DNA of 64,000 bases from assembly GCA_964584225.1 (NCBI GenBank), contig CAZOZG010000002.1, forward strand, positions 5,127 through 69,126. Reading direction: 5' to 3'. Positions 45,637-54,985 of this stretch are shown here, piece by piece (positions within the stretch are counted from its first letter, which is position 1; each line of letters starts with the position of its first letter). The notes under the pieces are model-generated. The model saw nothing but the letters and a program-made list of their open reading frames with translations, was not told the DNA's origin and did no database searches. Both the position numbers and the translations under genes were made by a program. Source of the DNA: an uncultured Candidatus Saccharibacteria bacterium. Lineage in GTDB: Bacteria; Patescibacteriota; Minisyncoccia; Phycocordibacterales; UBA2100.

Positions 45637-46773
45637 CTATACGCAAGCCTGAATGTCGTCGACGTAGCTTCTCAGATATTCATCAAAATTTTTGTATGGA
45701 TATTCCTTGAGCACACCGGTCCGCGAGCCATCTTTGAACCATTGCGCGAGAGCGTCGGCGAAGCCGGCTTCGGTCGTGACGATTGCGCCTACTTCTCGGG
45801 CAATCCCAACGTCGGTCGACAATACTGGTTTGCCGGCGGCGAGTGCTTCCACGATCACGAGTCCGTACCCTTCGTACTTCGAAGGAACGAGAACGAGATC
45901 CGAAAGTCGGTAGTGTGGCCCAGGATCTCGAGTCTCCTCGAAGAACACGCGATCTGCGACGCCAAGATCGCGTGCGGCGCTCTCGAGCGCCGCACGCTGA
46001 CCTCCCTTTCCAATAATGATCAAACCGGTGTCACTCGGTGCGCTCTGCGCGAAAGCGCGGATCGCAAGTGCGACATTTTTTTCCGGTTCAAGACGAGCGA
46101 CCACAAGAAGTTTCGTCGCAAATTTTCCAAAACGTCTAATCAAATCAGGGTTATGCTCGATGTGCGCGAAGCGATCAACATCAGCGTAAATCGGCAACAC
46201 GACGACGGGTGACGCCAGGTTGAAACGCGTTTCGATGCTTCGTTTGATGTGTTCGGAGACGACGCGCACTCGCGACGCGCGACGCAGCACGTATCCGGCA
46301 ATCCAAACGCGCACGCGATTTACGAGTGAGAGCCGCGCGAACGCTGGCGCCAGAAAATCCGTGTGCACTTGCACATGCAATTTCGCGCCCAGGCGCTCTG
46401 CGATTTTCAATCCTGCGTAGCCGGTTTCAAACGGATCCTGTACCGTGACGATATCGGCTTTCTCAAGCGCACGACCGATACGTATCGCATCAAAAATCCT
46501 GCGAACGCGCGATGATGAATTGGTCGGAATGAGCATCACTGAGCCGATCGTCTCTTTTTTGTACGAGCCGCCGCACATCACGATGATGTCGACGCGTGAG
46601 AAGAAACGCGTATACGCCAAAATGCGCTCCCGCACTTTTGAATTTTTGTCAAAAACTGCCGTCTCCGTACCTACAACGATGAGCGATTGTGAGCTATGAT
46701 GCTCCGAATGAAACGATTGCTGCTTCGCGCCGCCGGTTGTGTCGGCTTGCCCGCTGTGTTCAGATTCTTCCAT
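45637..46773 (-). CDS. GT4 glycosyltransferase. The start is uncertain; the track ORF extends to 46914.
   Basis: EGYGLVIVEALAAGKPVLSTDVG. The N-terminal domain begins near SLIVVGTETAVF. Confidence 0.6.
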   Translation of the reverse strand: MEESEHSGQADTTGGAKQQSFHSEHHSSQSLIVVGTETAVFDKNSKVRERILAYTRFFSRVDIIVMCGGSYKKETIGSVMLIPTNSSSRVRRIFDAIRIGRALEKADIVTVQDPFETGYAGLKIAERLGAKLHVQVHTDFLAPAFARLSLVNRVRVWIAGYVLRRASRVRVVSEHIKRSIETRFNLASPVVVLPIYADVDRFAHIEHNPDLIRRFGKFATKLLVVARLEPEKNVALAIRAFAQSAPSDTGLIIIGKGGQRAALESAARDLGVADRVFFEETRDPGPHYRLSDLVLVPSKYEGYGLVIVEALAAGKPVLSTDVGIAREVGAIVTTEAGFADALAQWFKDGSRTGVLKEYPYKNFDEYLRSYVDDIQACV

Positions 46774-47682
46774 AGAAATACGTTGACAATCGTACTCTAT
46801 CACGGCGTCGCGCCGAAGCGCGACATCGGCAAAGAAAACAATCTGTATAATTACCGCGGCAAATATATCGCGCCGGAAGATTTTGAATGGCAAATGCAGT
46901 ACATCAAAAAGCATTACACTGTGCTCGATCTTGAAAAAGCGCTTTCACGGATGCGCGAAAATACGCTGCCGAGAAATGCACTCGCGATTACCTTTGACGA
47001 TGGTTACCGGAATTTTTACGATTACGCGTATCCGATTCTCAAAAAAAACAACCTGACGGCGACGATGTTTTTAGTGAGCGACTTTGTGCTCGAAAAGAAA
47101 CCGCTGTGGGTCGATAGACTCGAGTATGCTATGGGTAACTTGAAGATCGAACGCGCAGAGAAAATAAAGAAAGACTCTGTTATGCGTCAGGAGTTGAAAC
47201 GAGCTAGCTCTGTCGAGCGGGAACAACGTTTGAGGGCGCTTGAACAAGAAACCGGCGCGCTACTTTCCGATTTTGACGGCGAAAAAGCAGTGTATGCGCC
47301 ACTTTCGGTCGAACAGATGCAGGAAATGCGCGCGCTAGTCTCCTTCGGCGCGCATACAAAAACGCACCCAATCCTGAGCACAGAATCAAGCACCGACGCC
47401 GAGCGCGACATCCGCGAATCGAAAGAATCTCTTGAGCGGGCACTCGGAAAGCTCTCATCAGTGTTTGCCTATCCCAACGGACAGCCCGGCGATTGGACTG
47501 AAGCAAACGAGCAATCGCTCAAGAGACTTGGTTTTACCTACGCTCTGACGACGACCGAGGGGACAAACACGAGCACGACACACCCTTTTCGACTCACCCG
47601 AGTTGTGTTAGACAGTACCAATCGCTCCGGTGCATTTGCAGCAATCCTCACTGGCGTGCGATCATTCTTGAAATCACTATGA
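46696..47682 (+). CDS. Polysaccharide deacetylase (NodB-homology) family.
   Basis: ALAITFDDGYRNFYDYAYPILKKNNLTATMFLV...FGAHTKTHP. Confidence 0.7.
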   Translation: MMLRMKRLLLRAAGCVGLPAVFRFFHRNTLTIVLYHGVAPKRDIGKENNLYNYRGKYIAPEDFEWQMQYIKKHYTVLDLEKALSRMRENTLPRNALAITFDDGYRNFYDYAYPILKKNNLTATMFLVSDFVLEKKPLWVDRLEYAMGNLKIERAEKIKKDSVMRQELKRASSVEREQRLRALEQETGALLSDFDGEKAVYAPLSVEQMQEMRALVSFGAHTKTHPILSTESSTDAERDIRESKESLERALGKLSSVFAYPNGQPGDWTEANEQSLKRLGFTYALTTTEGTNTSTTHPFRLTRVVLDSTNRSGAFAAILTGVRSFLKSL

Positions 47683-48428
47683 CCACGCGCACAGAAGTCA
47701 CTTTTTTCAACGACACGAGTAATTCCTATCTCGCGGAATACCAGCGTGAGACGCCGGAAGGCTACTCGTTTCGCGTGCGCCGCGAAAAAGTCTTAGCGAT
47801 GTTGCCCGAAGGCAGTGGCAAAAAGATTCTCGATCTCGCTTCAGGCCCTGGGACCATGATCAAGGGTCTCCGAGCGAAAAACTACGATGTGACCTGCGTC
47901 GACGCGGCGCCCGACATGATTGAGCTTGCAAAAAAAGAAGCGAGCACCGACCCGTACGTCGTGTGCGAAGTTGGCGACGCATACGGATTGCGTTTCGCCG
48001 ACAATGCTTTCGACATCGAAACCGCAATGGGACTTATCGAATATCTCGACGACGAACACAAGTATTTGAATGAAGTAAAACGCATCGTAAAACCGGGCGG
48101 CACTGCCATTATTACGTTCCCGAATATCTGGAGTCCGTGGCGCGCGTGGAACCGCGTATTACGCGCCGTTCGCAATAGTGTAAAGCCACACAAAGCAACA
48201 GGCCTCCTGCATCGCGAATACACTGCAAAACGCGTACGCGCGCTCATGGACGAACACGGTTTTGATACTGTAGATGTGTTGTACTACAACCTCAAACTTG
48301 TTCCCTACCCCTTGGATCGGCTGTTCCCGCGGTTTACTGTGTGGTTCTCTCACGTGTGCGAGAAACTCGACAGGACACCGTTGCGCTGGTTTGGCACTGC
48401 TTTTATCGTTGAGGCACGCAAGCGCTAG
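47679..48428 (+). CDS. Class I SAM-dependent methyltransferase.
   Basis: KILDLASGPGTMIKGL...DVTCVDAAPDMIE. Confidence 0.65.
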   Translation: MTTRTEVTFFNDTSNSYLAEYQRETPEGYSFRVRREKVLAMLPEGSGKKILDLASGPGTMIKGLRAKNYDVTCVDAAPDMIELAKKEASTDPYVVCEVGDAYGLRFADNAFDIETAMGLIEYLDDEHKYLNEVKRIVKPGGTAIITFPNIWSPWRAWNRVLRAVRNSVKPHKATGLLHREYTAKRVRALMDEHGFDTVDVLYYNLKLVPYPLDRLFPRFTVWFSHVCEKLDRTPLRWFGTAFIVEARKR

Positions 48429-49405
48429 ATCAGCTCGAGCATTTCGCGCGCGACATCTTTGTACATACGTACTGTTTTGAATGCTCTGACTCGCTCGCAC
48501 AGTGCCTGATACTTCGACGTATCTGCCAAATCTTGTATGCCGCTGATCATGTCTGATTCACTTAATGGATCGACAATGACACCGTATTCGCGGAATTGTT
48601 CGGCGTAGCCCGAATATTTCGTGAGGAGAAACGGTTTGCCGCAGCGTAAGGCGTCGATGACAGAATTCGGGGCGACGTCAGAGATCGAAGGGACGGCAAC
48701 GGCGTGTGCACGCGCAATGCGTGAAAAAAGCTCATCGCGACTCATGCTGGAGAGTTCGACGAGGGAAAGATTCGTATGTGCAGCCTCGAATGCTTTTCGG
48801 AACGCAGATTGATTTTTTAGCTTCAGATTGCGACCGAAGACAAGTACCTCGCCGCTTGATTCCTGTGGTGCGATGCGCTCGGGTATCACATTCTCGACAA
48901 CATGACAGCGCGCTTCGTCTAAATCATAGTAATCCTCCCATACGTTGATGAGCCAGCGTGTATTGAACACGAGCGTCGCGTGATTGAGCATCCAGCGCAC
49001 CGAGCGAAATGCTACCCGTTCTTTATTGTTCAACCGATCTAAATGTTCATACAGTTGCGGAAGTGGCACAAGATCACCGGTGCGCTCGACATAGGATTCC
49101 CACGCGAAATCGCCTCCGACACGGATAAGTACCGGCTTACGCAATAGCATGCCGACGAATGCCGCAGGCACACCGACACTGTACGTATCGAATGCAAAAA
49201 TCGCATCGGCACCGACCGACGCGAAGAAGAGTTTGATCCCATACAAAAGGTGGCGAACGCCACTTGGCAATTTGCGCAGCGAACCGAACAACACGAGCGG
49301 GGCCCGGTGCCCGGATGCTTCAAGCGCTTTTTTTACACCTTCAGCATAGAGCGCAGGCCCACCGATTTCTGGCGGGTAAATTCCCGTCGCAATCACAATC
49401 CGCAT
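48425..49405 (-). CDS. GT4-like (GT-B) glycosyltransferase.
   Basis: MRIVIATGIYPPEIGGPALYAEGVKKALEASGH. The start is the internal ATG 49405; the track ORF is 50 codons longer. Confidence 0.5.
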   Translation of the reverse strand: MRIVIATGIYPPEIGGPALYAEGVKKALEASGHRAPLVLFGSLRKLPSGVRHLLYGIKLFFASVGADAIFAFDTYSVGVPAAFVGMLLRKPVLIRVGGDFAWESYVERTGDLVPLPQLYEHLDRLNNKERVAFRSVRWMLNHATLVFNTRWLINVWEDYYDLDEARCHVVENVIPERIAPQESSGEVLVFGRNLKLKNQSAFRKAFEAAHTNLSLVELSSMSRDELFSRIARAHAVAVPSISDVAPNSVIDALRCGKPFLLTKYSGYAEQFREYGVIVDPLSESDMISGIQDLADTSKYQALCERVRAFKTVRMYKDVAREMLELI

Positions 49406-49647
49406 GAGAAATAGACTACAGCAAAGCGAAGAGGCGCGCCATGCGCGCCTCCGCATATAGTACTCACTCCGCATGAAGCCATCGCCCCATCGGAGTCTGG
49501 GTGTAGTCGTGTACCGCTTGCGCAGACACCTGCGCACACGCGACGTACCATTCATACCACCATCCGACGTTGACCCAGTAGAAAAATGCTGCCATGGCTG
49601 ATCCTCCTACTGCCGACAGCAAACACCCGAACTCGACCGGGCGCAAG

Positions 49648-50868
49648 TCAGTTATCCGCTCGTCGTGCAGTGTCAAAGAGACGCGATTGCGCACGCGCGA
49701 TCAAGTTCCAGTCGTATTTTTCCACCACCAGGGCGCGCGCGTTTTTGACTATGCGAGCGACGAGCGCCGGGTCATCAAGGTATCGTCGAACCGCGGCAGC
49801 GACCGATTGCGGATCGCGGACATTGCAGAAAAGTCCCGTCGGTTCATGTTCAGGATTTCTATCTGGATCGAAGAGAAAATCCGGAATACCGCCGACTGGC
49901 GTCGCGACGACAGGAATGCCCGCGGCGAACGCTTCGACAAACGCGCTCCCCATGCCCTCGATAATCGACGGGCGGACAAAAATATCTGAAATCCTTAAAA
50001 GCGCCGGAATGTCTGTGTGATCGATGCTTCCGGCGAAGATAACGCGGCCTGACGCGATTTTATTCGCATGTATTTCGAGTTTACCGCGATCTTCCCCATC
50101 GCCAGCGATCAACAACTTCACATGCGCCGGAAGATGTGGGAGTGCAGCGATAATATCTTCGACGCCGCGCGAAAGCACCAAGCGAGATGCAGTAAACAAA
50201 AACACGTCACCCATTCTTTTATCAAATCGTTTCTTCAAGTCTAGTAGTTTTTGATCGTCAATCGGCGCGGAAAATTGTGCGACGTCGACTGCGTTTGGAA
50301 TGACATCGATCGGCCCATGATAGCCAATGTCGCGCGTCAATCGCTCGATGAAATTTGAAATTACTTTGATTCGGTCCGCTCGCCTATATATGGCCCTATA
50401 GAGACCCCAGATTGCTCGCAGCAACGGCTGGCGATCCTTGATTTGCTGCAGGGAATTACCGTCCTGGAGCTCAAGCACGTACGGAATATTTCTGTGCACG
50501 AGCTTGAAAAAGAGTGCTCCGAATCCTGCTTGGTTGGCCAGCATCGCCCAGACGACATCGTATCGATTCGCCTGATTGAGCGAGAGCGCTTTGAAAAACG
50601 ACGTAACAGGAAAAAGGATTTTCGCGACCTTGCATTGCCAAGGCATCGCGCGATCGGAAATCTTCGGATGATCCGCGGTGAATCCAATGCGATAGACGGT
50701 AATGTTCCCTACCTTTTCGACGCGCGGAAGATTGCGATCGAATCGGAGTGTAATCATGTCAAAGGTGTACTCATTCGGACTGATCCGATCGGTGATTTCT
50801 TTCATCGCAAGTTCTGCGCCACCCACATACGGCACATACGCGAGCGAAAATATGAGGACTCGTTTCAT
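49648..50868 (-). CDS. GT4 glycosyltransferase.
   Basis: MKRVLIFSLAYVPYVGGAELAMKE...EGMGSAFVEAFAAGIPVVATPVGG. Confidence 0.7.
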   Translation of the reverse strand: MKRVLIFSLAYVPYVGGAELAMKEITDRISPNEYTFDMITLRFDRNLPRVEKVGNITVYRIGFTADHPKISDRAMPWQCKVAKILFPVTSFFKALSLNQANRYDVVWAMLANQAGFGALFFKLVHRNIPYVLELQDGNSLQQIKDRQPLLRAIWGLYRAIYRRADRIKVISNFIERLTRDIGYHGPIDVIPNAVDVAQFSAPIDDQKLLDLKKRFDKRMGDVFLFTASRLVLSRGVEDIIAALPHLPAHVKLLIAGDGEDRGKLEIHANKIASGRVIFAGSIDHTDIPALLRISDIFVRPSIIEGMGSAFVEAFAAGIPVVATPVGGIPDFLFDPDRNPEHEPTGLFCNVRDPQSVAAAVRRYLDDPALVARIVKNARALVVEKYDWNLIARAQSRLFDTARRADN

Positions 50869-50879
50869 TTGTATCGCGG

Positions 50880-51320
50880 CTATTTTACGAGCCCGAACAG
50901 CAAGCGCGAAATCGCGTCTCGACTTTTGATTGCGTTTTCCTTGATTTGTTGATATCGCTTCCTCAATTCGTCACGCTCGGCCGCCAAGTGGGATTGCTGT
51001 GCGCCGGTCGCGCTCGGCAACATGTCGTCATAGCCTGCCATAGCTGCTTGAAACCGACGATCGGTAACTACATCACCTAAATCATTTATCGCACTGTATG
51101 CGGTTTCCGATTTTTTCATCGCGGCCGAGACGGTTTCAAAAAATCCAGCTGATTGTTGGTCTCCCGATTTCTGCTTCAAGAAATTTGTTGCGACACCGTA
51201 GCCAAGCGCAGCGAATATGCGGGCGATTTCACCGGGCCCTCGCGCCGACTGCCGCTCAAATGTCTGCCACGGTTCGGCTTTGCTTTCAGGCTTTTCTGTT
51301 GTGCGTGGTCGTTCAAGCAT
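50880..51320 (-). CDS. Hypothetical soluble protein.
   Basis: 146 aa with no recognisable motif. Overlaps the next gene by 8 nt. Confidence 0.3.
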   Translation of the reverse strand: MLERPRTTEKPESKAEPWQTFERQSARGPGEIARIFAALGYGVATNFLKQKSGDQQSAGFFETVSAAMKKSETAYSAINDLGDVVTDRRFQAAMAGYDDMLPSATGAQQSHLAAERDELRKRYQQIKENAIKSRDAISRLLFGLVK

Positions 51321-51591
51321 AGCTTTCGCTCAATGTCTTTTCTTCCGCTAGGGCGGCGTCCCACTTGGTCAGATTATTTTCGTTCAGCGCTTCGTGTTTC
51401 TGCCGAATGTTTTTCGTTGCAGTTGCGACGTGCGCTCGGTCTTCACTGAGAAATTGGACCAACTCATCGCAGTATTCTGGCGGGAGCGTTGCGACGACTT
51501 GTTGCCACAGATCTAGATCCGAACGGGATACGCCGTATGCCGGATCACTCACGATCTCTATAATCGATTGCGCAGTACCCATACGCTGCAT
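51313..51591 (-). CDS. Hypothetical small acidic protein.
   Basis: 92 aa, first gene of a two-gene unit. Confidence 0.3.
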   Translation of the reverse strand: MQRMGTAQSIIEIVSDPAYGVSRSDLDLWQQVVATLPPEYCDELVQFLSEDRAHVATATKNIRQKHEALNENNLTKWDAALAEEKTLSESYA

Positions 51592-51613
51592 TCTATATCG
51601 TCCTTGTCATAAG

Positions 51614-51643
51614 AAAAACCCCCAGCCTGAGCCAGGGGTTTTG
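51614..51643 (-). terminator. Rho-independent terminator (bidirectional-looking) downstream of 51667..52137.
   Basis: AAAAACCCCCAGCCTGAGCCAGGGGTTTT: a CCCC/GGGG stem with an inner GC pair, flanked by an A-tract and a T-tract. Confidence 0.5.
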
Positions 51644-51666
51644 TATTTGGCCACTAGGAATGTGCT

Positions 51667-52137
51667 CTAGTGCAGCACGTTGGCAACGTCTTCGAGAGCG
51701 TCGGCGCTTGCCGAGTGCCCTTTCGAGCGCAAAAACCGGGAGCCGTGCTTGACGGCAAGGCCAAGACCGGTCTTGAGCGAGTCATGCAGACGCGTTTTCT
51801 GTTGCTCGTCGAGCGATTGGTACGCACCGTATGCACGGCCGACGGGCGCAGGTTCCATCCTCCGACTCGTCGCGATGCTAAACAGTGTCGCCAACCAGGG
51901 GCCCGATATTGCGAGCAGCATCGAGACAACGACGCCGACAATTGCGAGGCCCGGAGGATGCTCCAGGTGACTCACGAAATAAATCGTCGACGCGATGTAC
52001 AGTGTCGTGCATGCGAAGCTCCAGGCGATGAAGAAAAACAGCGCCCGACGCAATCGCGCGTAGCCAAACAAGAAGCTGACAATGAGCACAAGTAGTGGCA
52101 GCATCAGTAAAACTTTCATAGTCCCTCCTTTGGACAA
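51667..52137 (-). CDS. Hypothetical membrane protein (3 TM helices).
   Basis: Hydrophobic helices LLMLPLLVLIVSFLFGY, FFIAWSFACTTLYIASTIYFV and LAIVGVVVSMLLAISGPWLATLF. Confidence 0.4.
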   Translation of the reverse strand: MSKGGTMKVLLMLPLLVLIVSFLFGYARLRRALFFFIAWSFACTTLYIASTIYFVSHLEHPPGLAIVGVVVSMLLAISGPWLATLFSIATSRRMEPAPVGRAYGAYQSLDEQQKTRLHDSLKTGLGLAVKHGSRFLRSKGHSASADALEDVANVLH

Positions 52138-52194
52138 AAAGTCTCTGATTTGATCCAGTCGGTATTATACTTTGGAATCCTTACGTAGTCAAGC

Positions 52195-53064
52195 TCACTG
52201 CTCTTGGGCTTTCAGCGAGTCGATATACTGCTTGACGGTCATTTGCGTTTTCCAGCCAAACTCCTTCTCGGCGCGAGATGTGTCGACGATCGAATCCATG
52301 CGATTACCTGGCCTCTCTGGAAGCATTTCGATGTTGTCGGTAAACATCTTTGCAATATCGAGAATCGAATATGATTCGGGCGCGCCAAGTCCGTAATCGT
52401 CGCCCTGCCCCTGTTCCCCGACCATCATCAGCCCACGCGCGAGATCATCGACGTGGGTGAAGTTTCGCTTTTGCGTCCCCGGCGCACGCACGGTGATCGG
52501 TTTCCCTTCTTTATAGAGCGTCTTGAAAATTCCCATAACGCTGCCGTACTTCGGGTCGGTGCTCTCGCGCGCGCCGTAGGCATTGTAGAAATACGTGACG
52601 GCGTATGGGAGCTGGAACCAATTGCCGTAATTCCGGGCAAGCTCCGTATTCGACGCCTTCATCCACGCATATGGCGATTGATCGCGGCCCATGCCGCCGT
52701 CGGCGAATTTCGTGGAGGAGCCCGCATAGACCAATTTGCAGCCGCGCGCACGCCAGTATTCGAAAACTTTGTGCGTGCCCAAGACGTTGCTCTCCCACAC
52801 GAGCGGGAGATCACTGAAGCTCTGCTCGACACGCGAGTATTCGCCGAGGTGAAAAATGATCTTTGGTTTTTCTTTGCCCAAGAGTTCTTCGATGTCTTTG
52901 GTGTGCCCTTCGACGTATTCTGCAACAGTGACATGATTTTCCTTTTTACCGATGAAGTAATTGTCGAGCGAGACGACGCGATATTTCGGCAGCAACATCT
53001 CAATGAGGCGAGAGCCGATCATGCCCGCCCCGCCCGTGACGATCACGGTTTCTTTTCCAGCCAT
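52195..53064 (-). CDS. Extended-SDR NAD-dependent epimerase/dehydratase, UDP-glucuronate decarboxylase (UXS)-like.
   Basis: VIVTGGAGMIGSRL...SLDNYFIGKKENH resembles the VDNFFTGRK motif of UXS. YxxxK is present (YAWMK). Confidence 0.55.
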   Translation of the reverse strand: MAGKETVIVTGGAGMIGSRLIEMLLPKYRVVSLDNYFIGKKENHVTVAEYVEGHTKDIEELLGKEKPKIIFHLGEYSRVEQSFSDLPLVWESNVLGTHKVFEYWRARGCKLVYAGSSTKFADGGMGRDQSPYAWMKASNTELARNYGNWFQLPYAVTYFYNAYGARESTDPKYGSVMGIFKTLYKEGKPITVRAPGTQKRNFTHVDDLARGLMMVGEQGQGDDYGLGAPESYSILDIAKMFTDNIEMLPERPGNRMDSIVDTSRAEKEFGWKTQMTVKQYIDSLKAQEQ

Positions 53065-53104
53065 TGAGCTTCACTCTACAACAATTTTGTGGCTCTATCC
53101 AACC

Positions 53105-54934
53105 TTATTCGTGACTTCCGCCGTTGAGGACTTTTTGCAATTCTTCGGGCGAGACTTCGCCATTGCTTTTGCTTTCGGGAGGACGTGGTGCCGGAGGCCG
53201 TGGAGCTTCTGCTGCTGGAGCGCGGACGGGTTGTGGCTGCGGGCGAGGATGCGGCGAGGGATTACTGTGTGTCTTTGCAGACATGCGAGAGCGTAAGACA
53301 TCTGCGGGAGAGCGCTGTCCAGATGCGTTTGACGGATTTTCCTGGGGCGCGGCGGCAGGCCTTGCCGCAGCGATTGCGTCGCGGAGCGCTCCGCGCTCCG
53401 CGGGTGCGGCTTGCGGCTGCGCCTGCGGCGGACGAGGAGCATTTTGAGGTCGCACGTATCGATCTTCTCGGCGCGGGATGAATTCGCGCGGCTCGCGCTG
53501 CATCTGGGGACGTGGCCCACGATCGGATCGGTCATCTCGTGGCGCGCCATCGCGCGGACCGTTCCATCGCCGCTCCCCCATCCCGCGTCGCTCGGCGGGT
53601 GCGCCCGCGGGTCGCGGGGGCGGTGCGAATTCTGCCTGACGTTTATTGACTGATGCTTCAATGTCGGTGCGTTTCCTCCCAAACTCTTCGCGTGAATTTG
53701 AAATCACATCATCGCGATACGAAACAGGCGGCGCCTCGATGGGCGCGATGGTGTCTGCAGAAAATGGTGGTGAGCCTACACCGTCGATCATGAGCGTGAG
53801 ATAGATTTGTCCGATTCCAAGGCCTGCCAGATCCTCGGCCGTAAATGTCGGGTCAAACACGGTTTCCAAAACTTCCGCGTCAAAAGGCCCGACGCGGAAA
53901 CACACGAGCGTCCCGATGTTGCCGAAAACCGCATCTCGCACTTTTTCTTCCATTTGCTCGATGTATTGGTTGGCGAGTGTGAGCGCAAGTTTGTATTTGC
54001 GCGATTCGGAAAGAATGTCGGCGAACGCCTCGTTCATCATCGACTGGAACTCGTCGACGTAAAAATAAAAGCGAGGCAACTTCGCCATCCGGAGAGGCGG
54101 CTCGTCGGCTCGCGAAATCGCCGCGAGATAAATCTTCACGACAAGCATTGATCCTAGAAGCGCGGCATTGGTCTCACCCATGCGCCCTTTTGAAAGGTTC
54201 ACAATGAAAATCTTTTTCTCATCCATCATTTGGCGGAGATCGAAAGTCGACTTCGGTTGCCCGACAATATTACGAATCAACGGGTTCGAGGTGAATTGAC
54301 CGACTTTGTTTTGAATCGCCGGCGTCGCTTCACGCGTATAGGTATCGGTAAAGCTCGCAAATTCTTCCGTCCAGAACGATTTGACTATCGGGTCGGTGAT
54401 GCGCTCAATCACCGCGGCGCGAAATACTTTGTTGGTGAGCATTCTGTTGACGTCGAGCAATGTGGAGCCAGGGTACTCGAGCAGTGCGAGCAAGGTGTTT
54501 TGCAAAATATATTCCATACGTGCACTCCACGCATCGACCCAGATACGCTTCAGTGCGCCCATGAGTCCGGAGACGACGAGATGTCGTTTCTCGTAGCCGA
54601 CGTCTTCCATCACGTTGAAGCCAACCGGATAGTCGGTGTCGAAAGGCGCGAAATAGACGACGTCTTTCAAGCGGTCGTGCGGGACGAAATTGAGGAGTCG
54701 CTCGGCGGTCGCACCGTGCGGATCGATGAAGGCGATACCTTCCCCGTTTTGGATGTCTTGGATCGCCATGTTCTCGAGCATTGTGGATTTACCCATGCCG
54801 GTCTTACCGATGATGTACATGTGCTTCCCTCGGTCGTCGGCGCGAATACCAAACATCTCGCGTTTCCCGCGCATGTGGGTAGCGCCAAAATACGTAATAC
54901 GTTTATCCGGATCGCTTTGGTCATTCCCGGCCAT
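53105..54934 (-). CDS. VirD4/TraD/HerA-like (DUF87-type) P-loop ATPase with an approximately 200-aa Pro/Arg/Ala-rich disordered C-terminal tail.
   Basis: Walker A IIGKTGMGKST; Walker B-like YFYVDEFQ; then low-complexity PPPRPAGAPAERRG...PRPQPQPVRAPAAEAPRPPAPRPP. Confidence 0.5.
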   Translation of the reverse strand: MAGNDQSDPDKRITYFGATHMRGKREMFGIRADDRGKHMYIIGKTGMGKSTMLENMAIQDIQNGEGIAFIDPHGATAERLLNFVPHDRLKDVVYFAPFDTDYPVGFNVMEDVGYEKRHLVVSGLMGALKRIWVDAWSARMEYILQNTLLALLEYPGSTLLDVNRMLTNKVFRAAVIERITDPIVKSFWTEEFASFTDTYTREATPAIQNKVGQFTSNPLIRNIVGQPKSTFDLRQMMDEKKIFIVNLSKGRMGETNAALLGSMLVVKIYLAAISRADEPPLRMAKLPRFYFYVDEFQSMMNEAFADILSESRKYKLALTLANQYIEQMEEKVRDAVFGNIGTLVCFRVGPFDAEVLETVFDPTFTAEDLAGLGIGQIYLTLMIDGVGSPPFSADTIAPIEAPPVSYRDDVISNSREEFGRKRTDIEASVNKRQAEFAPPPRPAGAPAERRGMGERRWNGPRDGAPRDDRSDRGPRPQMQREPREFIPRREDRYVRPQNAPRPPQAQPQAAPAERGALRDAIAAARPAAAPQENPSNASGQRSPADVLRSRMSAKTHSNPSPHPRPQPQPVRAPAAEAPRPPAPRPPESKSNGEVSPEELQKVLNGGSHE

Positions 54935-54985
54935 GAGGAAAGTATAGCAAATCTTGCACGTTCGATTGCTTCGTGGTCCTGCGTG

